Positions 1 to 7,116 of a DNA stretch of 11,919 nucleotides are shown here, one piece after another. The first letter of the stretch is position 1, and the number at the start of each line of letters is the position of its first letter. The DNA is from Nitrospinota bacterium (lineage in GTDB: Bacteria; UBA8248), in the NCBI GenBank assembly GCA_046581755.1, contig JAYGFR010000287.1, positions 1-11,919 of the forward strand. The letters run 5' to 3'. The position numbers and the translations under genes are program-made. Below the pieces are notes generated by a model. The model was given only the letters and a program-made list of their open reading frames with translations. It was not told where the DNA came from and searched no databases.

Positions 1-168
1 CCTCCATCGGGATCGGCACCCGAACCCCGGTACCTGGAGATTATGAAGCCAGCAATTTATTCGCGGAATGGAAACTATCCAAGTTATGGACTGAACTTTT
101 TCCCGCCGGCCATCAAACGGGAATTGGCATCTCAGTCCGGATATGAATGGTTAGACGAATGGAAATAA
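1..168 (+). CDS. 3' end of an unidentified gene (partial, 55 aa visible)
   Basis: Frame +1 is open from base 1 to TAA at 166-168: PPSGSAPEPRYLEIMKPAIYSRNGNYPSYGLNFFPPAIKRELASQSGYEWLDEWK*. GC is about 49% by hand count, lower than the downstream genes. The start lies outside the window and the family is not recognised. Confidence 0.55.
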   Translation, partial: PPSGSAPEPRYLEIMKPAIYSRNGNYPSYGLNFFPPAIKRELASQSGYEWLDEWK

Positions 169-258
169 AAAACGGGTGAGCGCCGGACCGTTGGTTCCCA
201 CCGACTAGCGGCTGCTGGATGTTTCACCAGCCAACGGCAATCCGCGATCTACTCACCC
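167..258 (-). ncRNA. Candidate small structured RNA (three-way junction, U-tract terminated)
   Basis: Nested inverted repeats: gggtgag 174-180 / ctcaccc 252-258; cgga 184-187 / tccg 241-244; ccgttgg 188-194 / ccaacgg 231-237. Inner hairpins: ccg 201-203 / cgg 209-211 and ctgg 215-218 / ccag 227-230. A6 at 167-172 reads as U6 on the minus strand directly after the closing stem. A promoter at 265-294 points at it. Confidence 0.65.
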
Positions 259-264
259 ACGCAA

Positions 265-294
265 AATATACGGCCTCCCATTCGAACTTGTCAA
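265..294 (-). promoter_or_regulatory. sigma70-type promoter for the small RNA
   Basis: The minus strand reads TTGACA (294-289, perfect -35), an 18-bp spacer, then TATATT (270-265). The predicted start near 258 coincides with the first G of the closing stem. Confidence 0.7.
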
Positions 295-404
295 TGATTC
301 AATACTGAAGACACAATTACGATTCGAATACTTCATTTTACTTCAATACTTTACTGGAATATGAGGGCCGATTATTTTCCGATTGCCTCGGAAGGGAGGA
401 CATA

Positions 405-481
405 TTGACAGGGAATTTCAAAAAAAAAGAAACCTGCTAGACTCTCCTATACTCAGACGAACGCACCCAAAAGGAGAGAGG
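405..481 (+). promoter_or_regulatory. Promoter/RBS region of the RutB-like gene
   Basis: AAGGAG Shine-Dalgarno at 471-476 before ATG 484. Candidate -10 elements are TGcTAGACT (435-443, extended type) and TATACT (448-453). A TTGACA at 405-410 has no well-spaced -10, so the exact promoter is ambiguous. Confidence 0.45.
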
Positions 482-483
482 TA

Positions 484-1170
484 ATGGCGACGCTCGCGGC
501 ACGGCCCAAGCCGGTGGAGATCGACCTGAAACGCACCGCGCTCATCGTGGTGGACATGCAAAACGCCTACGCCAAAAAGGGCGGGATGCTCGACCTCATC
601 GGAGAGGGCATCGACGAGGAGCGGACCCGGCCGGTCATCGCGGCCCACGAGCGGCTACTCCCCGCGGCCCGCGCGGCGGGCGTGAAGGTTATTTATCTGC
701 AATTCGGCTACCGCCCGGACCTGTCCGATGCGGGAGGGGCGATGTCCCCGAACCGGGAAAGGCACGCGGCGGTCCGGAAGATCCGGAAGGGGGGCCCCGA
801 CCGGGACAAGTTCATCACCGTGGGCACCTGGGGCTGGCAGATCGTGGACGAGATCCGGCCCGAACCCGGGGACCTGGTCGTCCCCAAGGCGCGCTACAGC
901 GGGTTCGCCGGGACGGCGCTCGAAAGCCTGCTGAACGGGATGGACATCCGCTATTTGCTCTTCTCCGGGGTCGCCACCAACGTCTGCGTCGAGAGCACGG
1001 CGCGGGACGCCTACTTCGCCGAGTTCTGGCCCATCCTCATCGAGGACGCCATGAACCACGCCGGGCCCGATTTCACCCGCGACGCCACCCTGTGGTTCTT
1101 CGAGACCAAAGCCGGCTGGATCACCGACACCCCCAAGGTGATGGAGATGCTGGAGCGGAGCCAGGCCTAG
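484..1170 (+). CDS. rutB: Isochorismatase-family cysteine hydrolase, RutB-like (ureidoacrylate amidohydrolase-like)
   Basis: The N-terminus MATLAARP..ALIVVDMQNAY..GG.LDL closely resembles RutB as recalled. The Asp-Lys-Cys triad is present (VVDMQN, PKARYSGF, GVATNVCVEST). Strong RBS. Family is certain, orthology only likely. Confidence 0.85.
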   Translation: MATLAARPKPVEIDLKRTALIVVDMQNAYAKKGGMLDLIGEGIDEERTRPVIAAHERLLPAARAAGVKVIYLQFGYRPDLSDAGGAMSPNRERHAAVRKIRKGGPDRDKFITVGTWGWQIVDEIRPEPGDLVVPKARYSGFAGTALESLLNGMDIRYLLFSGVATNVCVESTARDAYFAEFWPILIEDAMNHAGPDFTRDATLWFFETKAGWITDTPKVMEMLERSQA

Positions 1171-1194
1171 CCGAATTCATCCAGAGGCCAACGC

Positions 1195-2319
1195 TCACAG
1201 GCCCGTCGCCCGCTCCAGATCGGCGCCCTCGAGATCGGCCCCGGCCATGTCGGCGCCCTCCAGGCGCGCGCCCTGGAGGTTGGCTCTGGCCAGCCGGGCC
1301 CCCCGCAGGCTCGCCCCCTGTAGCTTGGCGGCGCGGAGCATGGCCCCTTCGAGATTCGTCTCATCCAGATTGGCTTCCCGGAGGTCGACTCCGAGCAGCC
1401 AGGCACCGCCCAGGTCCGCTCCCGCCAGCTTTGCCCCGTGCAGGTCGGCCCCCTGGAATGCGGCCCGGGAGAGATTCGCGTTCTTCAGGTTCACGCCGGC
1501 CAGCAGGGCGAGGCGGAAATTTGCTCCGGCCAGCTCCGCCCCCTCGAGGTTTCGCCCGCTCAGATCGGCCCGCCGGCCCTCCGCCGCCCCGCTTTCCACC
1601 CATTGACCGTGGGCCGAGAGGATTTTGGCCAGCTCATCCGGTGAGAGTTCGCTCAAATCCGCTTCGGGGACGTCGGGGTCTCTCACAGCCGAATCCAGCT
1701 GATCGGGCATGAGGCCGAGGGCTCCGGCGAGATCGGCCCCGGCGAGTTCGGCCCCTTCGAGATCGGCTCCGGCGAGATTGGCTTCGCCGAGGCGGGCGCC
1801 CTGGAGGTGGGCGCCGCGGAGGTCGGCCCGGCTCAGATCGGCTCCGGTCAGATCCGCCCCCCGGAGATCGCTCAGGAAAAAACTCGCCCCCGGCGCGGCG
1901 GCGGACCGCAGATTGGCGCCCGAAAGATTCGACTGGAACAGGTCGGCCTCCCCGAGCTTTGCGCCGGCGAGGTCCGCTCCGCTGAGGTTGGCCCACTGGG
2001 CGTTGGCGTTCCGAAGGTCGGCGCCCACGAGATCGGCCCGCTCGAGCCGCGCCATGAAGAAGTTGGAGTAGCGGAGGGGCCAGCCCTGAAAATCAGCCCG
2101 CGCGCCCTTTTTTCCGCCCGAATCCAGCCATTCGGCATGGTCCGCGATGCGCCGGGACAGCTCCGCCTCGGGAACTGCGCCAGCGGACGGGGGGGCCATG
2201 GGCAGGCCCGGAGGGGCGCCCCCGAACGGGCTCGGCGGGGGCTGCCCGCCAGGGGGGGCCTCGGGCGAGCGGCTCGCGGGCGGTTTTTCTGGAAACAACC
2301 ATCTCAGGATACAGCGCAT
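1195..2319 (-). CDS. Pentapeptide-repeat protein with two tandem modules (about 374 aa)
   Basis: Long A(D/N)LxG repeat tracts and two copies of the cap motif (IADHAEWLDSGGKKGARADF; ILSAHGQWVESGAAEGRRADL). Start placed at ATG 2319, with GGGGGA upstream, because the longer ORF to 2667 overlaps the hydrolase gene. Confidence 0.9.
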   Translation of the reverse strand: MRCILRWLFPEKPPASRSPEAPPGGQPPPSPFGGAPPGLPMAPPSAGAVPEAELSRRIADHAEWLDSGGKKGARADFQGWPLRYSNFFMARLERADLVGADLRNANAQWANLSGADLAGAKLGEADLFQSNLSGANLRSAAAPGASFFLSDLRGADLTGADLSRADLRGAHLQGARLGEANLAGADLEGAELAGADLAGALGLMPDQLDSAVRDPDVPEADLSELSPDELAKILSAHGQWVESGAAEGRRADLSGRNLEGAELAGANFRLALLAGVNLKNANLSRAAFQGADLHGAKLAGADLGGAWLLGVDLREANLDETNLEGAMLRAAKLQGASLRGARLARANLQGARLEGADMAGADLEGADLERATGL

Positions 2320-2375
2320 GGCCAGGCGATTCCCCCAGGGATGAAAAAGGAGCGGGCATTCAGGCGGCGGGCATT

Positions 2376-3182
2376 TTATCCCGATTTCGCCACCTTGCGC
2401 AGAAATTCGAGGCAAATCCGCGCGAATTCCCCGGGTCGCTCGATGAGGGCGACGTGGCCGGTCCCCTCGAGGATGACCTTTCGGGAGCCTTCGATGCGGG
2501 AGTGGATTTCCTCGGCATGGTGGGGGGCGACGATGAGATCGTGGCTGGAGGCGGTCACCAGGGTGGGCGCCTCGATCCGGTGGAGGCGATCCAGGGTGTC
2601 CCCCTGAAGGGTGGCTTCGAGCTGGCCGATCCACCCTTCCCGGGGGCTCGCGTTTTCGGCCAGCCACCTGGCCTTGTCCTTCATCTCCCCGCCATGGGCG
2701 TCGTAGTATTCGTGCGAATAAAGCCCGAGCAGGCTGAACGCGGCGAGGGTTTCCATGTCCCCCCGCTCGGCGATTTGCTTCCGGGTCCGCTGAAAATCCC
2801 CGAGGCGGGCGCAGTTACGCGCCCAGGTGTGGTGAAGCCCGAGGCTGAGAACGCGCTCCGGATGGCGAAGGCAAAGCTCTTGAGAAATGTGGCCGCCCAT
2901 CGAGTAGCCCATGACGTGGGCTTTTTCCACCCCCGCCGCGTCCAGCACCGCCGCCGCGTCGCCTGCCATGTCGGCGAGGCTGTATCCCGGCGGGGGGACC
3001 CCGCTTTTCCCGGCGCTGCGGTTGTCGAAAACGATGCAGCGGAACTCGCGCTTGAAGTAGGGAAACTGGTTCGCCCACAGGGTGTGATCGTGCCCGGTTC
3101 CGCTGACGAGAAGGAGGGGCGGGCCCTCGCCGAAAATCTCGTACCAAATATCGACGTTCCCCGGCGCAGCCGTTACCGGCAT
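2376..3182 (-). CDS. Alpha/beta-fold hydrolase (enol-lactonase/RutD-like group)
   Basis: Nucleophile elbow GYSMGG, FDNRSAGKS, acid residue in SSHDLIV, catalytic His in GTGHVALIE. ATG 3182 is preceded by AGAGGT (GTG 3188 is an alternative start). Confidence 0.88.
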   Translation of the reverse strand: MPVTAAPGNVDIWYEIFGEGPPLLLVSGTGHDHTLWANQFPYFKREFRCIVFDNRSAGKSGVPPPGYSLADMAGDAAAVLDAAGVEKAHVMGYSMGGHISQELCLRHPERVLSLGLHHTWARNCARLGDFQRTRKQIAERGDMETLAAFSLLGLYSHEYYDAHGGEMKDKARWLAENASPREGWIGQLEATLQGDTLDRLHRIEAPTLVTASSHDLIVAPHHAEEIHSRIEGSRKVILEGTGHVALIERPGEFARICLEFLRKVAKSG

Positions 3183-3234
3183 GGTCACCTCTTGAATGGA
3201 TTTCGCCTTCGAGGAGAAGAAAACCGGATACGCA

Positions 3235-3669
3235 CTATTCCTGGCAGTAGACGACGGCGGTTGTTGATTTTTCCCGGGGGGCCACCGTCTTGCCCATGAA
3301 GAGATTGAACTTGTCCTCGAAATCCACCTGGGACCAGGGAAGGACGATGAAATCGTCGGCGCCCGCCTGGTGGGCCTTGATGACGTCCTCCTGGGTGGGC
3401 GAGGACATCAACAAAAGCAATTTGATGTGGGGGCCGAACTCCTGGCGTATCTTGTCGATAGACTCGAAGGCCTCGGGAAAATTCCCGTCGATTAGGAAAA
3501 CGTCCCATTTCCGGGCGTGGGCCCGTATGTCGTCGATGGCATCCTTGAGGCTCCGGTTCGTCCCCACCGTTTTGATGTTCGAGGCGCGGAGCAAATCGCG
3601 GATCAGGCGGAGCATGAACTCCTCTTCGGCCGCGTAGATCACGCTCGGGGCCTGGTCCTTTTCCGCCAT
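3235..3669 (-). CDS. Stand-alone receiver-domain (CheY-like) protein, atypical
   Basis: REC pattern: VIYAAEEE, WDVFLID61, LLLLMS89, AHQAGADDFIVLP. There is no output domain. ATG 3669 is preceded by GAGGTGAGG. Confidence 0.82.
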   Translation of the reverse strand: MAEKDQAPSVIYAAEEEFMLRLIRDLLRASNIKTVGTNRSLKDAIDDIRAHARKWDVFLIDGNFPEAFESIDKIRQEFGPHIKLLLLMSSPTQEDVIKAHQAGADDFIVLPWSQVDFEDKFNLFMGKTVAPREKSTTAVVYCQE

Positions 3670-3747
3670 ATCGACCTCACCTCTTGGATGCGGTGCGCTT
3701 CGGGCCATTCTATTTAAAATCGCAAGAAATGATCAACCCGGCTCCGC

Positions 3748-4755
3748 CTATAAATCCCGAAGCGCGGGCAGGATTTCCTCTCCGGCGAGAAGAAGGCGGT
3801 ACGGTTTCTTGTCCACGTCCGGAATGGTTAAAAGAATCCGCCGGACGCCCACCCGCACATAGGCTTCGAGCCGCTGGATGCAGGTCTCCGGCGTACCCGC
3901 GATCACCCCCGAATCGGGGACGACGGCGAAGCTCCGCCGTGCGGCCTCGGCCACGCCGGCGTCTTTTTCGGGAATGAGCATGAGCATGACCGATGGCCGG
4001 AATTTCTCCGGGTCCCGGCCCGCCTGGCGGCAGGTCTCGGCCAGTTCCGGAATTCGCTCGGCGAACCGCTCGGGCGGCCACCACCTGGAGTTGAACCCGT
4101 CGGCATGGCACGCCGCAGCCGCGAGGAGCTTGTCGCCCTCCCCTCCGACCCAGATGGGCGGCGAGGGTTTTTGAAGGGGAGGCGGATCGCAATAAGCGTT
4201 TTCGATCTGGAAGTGCTTGCCCCGGAACGAGGGCGCGGGCTCGGTCCACATCCGCCGGATGAGCTGGACGGCCTCGCTCATTTGTTCGACGCGGACCGAG
4301 GGTTCCGGGAACGGGTATCCGTAAGAGTTGTATTCGGGCTCCAGCCAGCCGGCCCCGATGCCGAATTCGAGCCGCCCGCCGCTGATCACGTCGAGCGTCG
4401 CCGCCATCCTCCCGAGAAGGGCCGGATTGCGGTAGCCGACGCAGTTCACCAGATGGCCGAGACGGATCGTCTTCGTGTCGCGCGAGAGGGCGGAGATAGC
4501 CACCCAGCTATCGAGCAGGGGAAGCGTCACCGGGCCCGCATCGCCGCCCGAAACGTCGGCGTCCGGATCGCCCTTGCCCGATATTTCCGCATAGGCCTTG
4601 GGATCGACCGAGAAAAAATGGTCGCACTGCCAGACCGAGTGGAAACCCAACCGCTCGGCCTCCAGGGCCGCCTCGCGCAATTTTTCGTAGCTGCCGATAA
4701 AAAGCCCCCTCACGGTGAGGGAGAGAATCAGGCCCAGTTCGACCGGCGGTGCCAT
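3748..4755 (-). CDS. LLM-class (luciferase-like) oxidoreductase, probably F420-dependent type
   Basis: Motifs AERLGFHSVWQCDHF, YRNPALLGRMAATLDVISGGRLEFGIGAGW, EYNSYGYPF, PPPLQKPSPPIWVGGEG. AAGGAG RBS upstream of ATG 4755. The cofactor assignment is an inference from subfamily resemblance. Confidence 0.9.
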   Translation of the reverse strand: MAPPVELGLILSLTVRGLFIGSYEKLREAALEAERLGFHSVWQCDHFFSVDPKAYAEISGKGDPDADVSGGDAGPVTLPLLDSWVAISALSRDTKTIRLGHLVNCVGYRNPALLGRMAATLDVISGGRLEFGIGAGWLEPEYNSYGYPFPEPSVRVEQMSEAVQLIRRMWTEPAPSFRGKHFQIENAYCDPPPLQKPSPPIWVGGEGDKLLAAAACHADGFNSRWWPPERFAERIPELAETCRQAGRDPEKFRPSVMLMLIPEKDAGVAEAARRSFAVVPDSGVIAGTPETCIQRLEAYVRVGVRRILLTIPDVDKKPYRLLLAGEEILPALRDL

Positions 4756-4795
4756 GGAAATCTCCTTATCGAAAATGAAATGAAAATTCGCCGCC

Positions 4796-5473
4796 CTAGA
4801 TCATCCGCGGCTCATCCCCCGGCCCCCAGAAAAAGGGGTCCATCAAATACCCTTCCCGGGGGATTTGGACGGCGGGGGCGAGGCCCTGCGCCGCCTTCAG
4901 GCGCTGGATAGTCCGCAGGTGAACGAGCGCCTCCCAATAGAGATGCCGAATCATCCCGGTCAGGGAAAATGTGAAAACGGTTTCGTCCTCGGCGCTCTGA
5001 TCCAACCCGTCCAGGTGGAAGGTGGATGCATAGGCCCAAAACCGGAAGACGGGCAGATCGGTTTTTCCCATCATGAGGCCCTCCTTGAACGTCCGCTCGA
5101 GGGTGAGCGCGCGTCTCTCCTCCGGACTTTTTTCCCTGGCGACGCGCGCGGCGAGCATGAGAGCTTCCTCGAATTTGGGCAAGAGATCCTCAAGCCGCCA
5201 GAACTTTTCCTCATCGAGGCGGCGGTCGTAAACGCCCGCCTTGGAAAAATCCACCGAATTGGCGGGCGGCGCGCCGGGCCAAATGATTTTTCCCCAGGTC
5301 TTGGATACCCAGAAAAAATACACCAGCGCGACGTGGCTGATCTGGCGGCGGATGCTCCACCCGGACCATTCCTCGGCGGGATCGTCCCAGTCGAGCTGGG
5401 CGTCGGTGAGCCCTTCGATCTCGGTGCGGAACATCCCCAAGAGGGTCTCGAAATCCGGTTCGGTGTCTGCCAT
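4796..5473 (-). CDS. DinB/YfiT-superfamily-like protein (225 aa)
   Basis: EGLTDAQLDW...WSIRRQISHV near the N-terminus and IRHLYWEALVHLRTIQRLK near the C-terminus match the DinB helical-bundle pattern. ATG 5473 overlaps the gpmI stop (TGATG). Confidence 0.7.
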   Translation of the reverse strand: MADTEPDFETLLGMFRTEIEGLTDAQLDWDDPAEEWSGWSIRRQISHVALVYFFWVSKTWGKIIWPGAPPANSVDFSKAGVYDRRLDEEKFWRLEDLLPKFEEALMLAARVAREKSPEERRALTLERTFKEGLMMGKTDLPVFRFWAYASTFHLDGLDQSAEDETVFTFSLTGMIRHLYWEALVHLRTIQRLKAAQGLAPAVQIPREGYLMDPFFWGPGDEPRMI

Positions 5474-7011
5474 CAAATTATCCTCAAATCGGTGCCCGTC
5501 ATCTCGGGCGGCTGGGCGACGCCCATCATTCCGAGCAGGGTCGGCGCCACGTCGCAAAGCGCCCCGCCCGCGCGTAGTGGCCCCTCGAATCCCGGCACGA
5601 TGACAACGCATGGGGTGTCGTTGAGGGTGTGCGCGGTGTGGGGGCAGTCGTTTTCATCGTCCCACATGGTCTCGCAGTTGCCGTGGTCGGCAGTGACGAG
5701 GGCGGCGCCGCCCGCCGCCGCCAGCGCCTCCAGGATGCGGCCCAGGCAGGCGTCCGCCACCTCGACGGCGCGGATGGCCACCTCCTCCACCCCGGTGTGG
5801 CCCACCATGTCCGGGTTGGCGAAATTGAGAACGATGGCGTCATCCTTTCTTCCCTCGATGGCCCCAAGGGCGGTCTCGGTCACGGCCTCGGCGCTCATCC
5901 CGGGCTGGAGGTCGTAGGTTGCCACCTTCGGGGAGGGCAGGAGCGCGCGCCGCTCGCCGGGGGGCGGCTCCTCCACGCCTCCGTTGAAGAAGTAGGTCAC
6001 ATGGGGATATTTTTCCGTCTCGGCCACCCGGAGAGAGGTCTTTCCCGCCGCCGCCAGCGCGTGGCAGAATAGCCCGGTCATCTCCACCGGCGGAAACGCC
6101 ACCGGGAGAGAAAACGATTCGTCGTATTCGGTCATACAAGCATAATGAACCCGGGGATGGGCCTTCCTCTCGAAGCCGCCGAACGCCTCGTCCGCCAGCG
6201 CGCGGGTGATCTGGCGGGCGCGGTCGGAGCGAAAGTTGAAGCAGATGACCGCATCGCCGTCCGCGATGAGGCCGGCGGGACGCCCGTTTTCTTGAACCAC
6301 CCGAGGATCGACAAACTCGTCGGTCACATCCCGCGCGTAGGATTCGCGAAGGGCCGAAGGGCCGTCCGCACAGGGGATTCCCTCGCCCAGGACCATCGCA
6401 TCGTAGGCGCGGCGGGTTCGCTCCCAGCGGCCGTCCCGGTCCATGGCGTAGTAGCGCCCTGAGACGGTGGCGATTTTCGCGCCCGCCTCGCGTTCGAGGT
6501 CGGCGGCGAATTTTTCGATGCACCGGGCCCCGGTCCTGGGCGGCGTATCGCGGCCGTCCATGAAGGCATGGGCATAGATGCGCTCGGCCCCCTCCCGGCA
6601 GGCGAGACGGGCGGCGGCGACGCCGTGGTCCTGGCGGCTGTGGACCCCGCCGTCCGAAACCAGCCCGATGATGTGCACCGCGCCGCCACCGGATCGGGCC
6701 GTGCGGACCGCATCGAGAAGAGCCCGGTTTTCCGCGAACGCGCCCTCTTCGATGGCCCGATCGATCCGGACGATGGTCTGGTTCACAATCCGGCCCGCCC
6801 CCAGATTGAGATGGCCCACCTCGGAGTTGCCCATCTGGCCATCGGGAAGGCCCACCGAACGTCCGCACGTTTTGAGGCGGGTATGGGGACGGTTCGCGAG
6901 GAGGGCGTCCATCGTGGGCGTCCGGGCGAGGGCGACCGCGTTGTGGGCGGCCGCAACGCGAAGCCCCCAGCCATCCAGCACGATCAACATCACGGGTCGC
7001 GGCGGGGTCAA
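5473..7011 (-). CDS. gpmI: 2,3-bisphosphoglycerate-independent phosphoglycerate mutase
   Basis: Motifs LDGWG, GQMGNSEVGH (catalytic Ser), DGGVHS, DGRD, GRYYAMDRD, NFRSDRARQ, AETEKYPHVTYFFNGG, NPDMVGHTG, TADHGN, HTAHT. 512 aa, probable TTG start at 7011. Confidence 0.98.
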   Translation of the reverse strand: MTPPRPVMLIVLDGWGLRVAAAHNAVALARTPTMDALLANRPHTRLKTCGRSVGLPDGQMGNSEVGHLNLGAGRIVNQTIVRIDRAIEEGAFAENRALLDAVRTARSGGGAVHIIGLVSDGGVHSRQDHGVAAARLACREGAERIYAHAFMDGRDTPPRTGARCIEKFAADLEREAGAKIATVSGRYYAMDRDGRWERTRRAYDAMVLGEGIPCADGPSALRESYARDVTDEFVDPRVVQENGRPAGLIADGDAVICFNFRSDRARQITRALADEAFGGFERKAHPRVHYACMTEYDESFSLPVAFPPVEMTGLFCHALAAAGKTSLRVAETEKYPHVTYFFNGGVEEPPPGERRALLPSPKVATYDLQPGMSAEAVTETALGAIEGRKDDAIVLNFANPDMVGHTGVEEVAIRAVEVADACLGRILEALAAAGGAALVTADHGNCETMWDDENDCPHTAHTLNDTPCVVIVPGFEGPLRAGGALCDVAPTLLGMMGVAQPPEMTGTDLRII

Positions 7012-7049
7012 TTTCTCGGGTCCATTCGAAATTCGCCTGGGAAAGTTTT

Positions 7050-7071
7050 CAACGATTCGGCAACGCTTCGG
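7050..7071. repeat. 11-bp tandem direct repeat upstream of gpmI
   Basis: caacgattcgg (7050-7060) followed by caacgcttcgg (7061-7071), one mismatch. Confidence 0.5.
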
Positions 7072-7116
7072 CTTCGGCCCTTAGAGGGATGCCGGCCCTT
7101 CCGACCCCGGCCGGGT

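Noticed and set aside
173..258. tRNA, tRNA-Sec or SRP RNA interpretation of the minus-strand structure (7-bp terminal stem followed by TAG)
   Set aside because: There is no TTCRA T-loop, no cloverleaf arm arrangement and no CCA. The SRP domain IV motif (CAGG..GGAA..AGCAG) is not present in order.
1170..1195. Terminator between the convergent RutB-like and pentapeptide genes
   Set aside because: The gap is only 24 bp, with no convincing hairpin plus U-tract.
1200..2060. Repetitive DNA resembling an array or CRISPR
   Set aside because: The 15-nt periodicity is explained by pentapeptide codons, and there is no constant repeat with unique spacers.
2352..2375. gcgggcatt direct repeat (2352-2360, 2367-2375)
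   Set aside because: Short and GC-rich with two copies and no supporting promoter context, so plausibly chance.
2320..2667. N-terminal extension of the 490-aa ORF 1195-2667
   Set aside because: It overlaps the alpha/beta hydrolase gene in another frame and has Arg/Pro-rich shadow composition. ATG 2319 has its own RBS.
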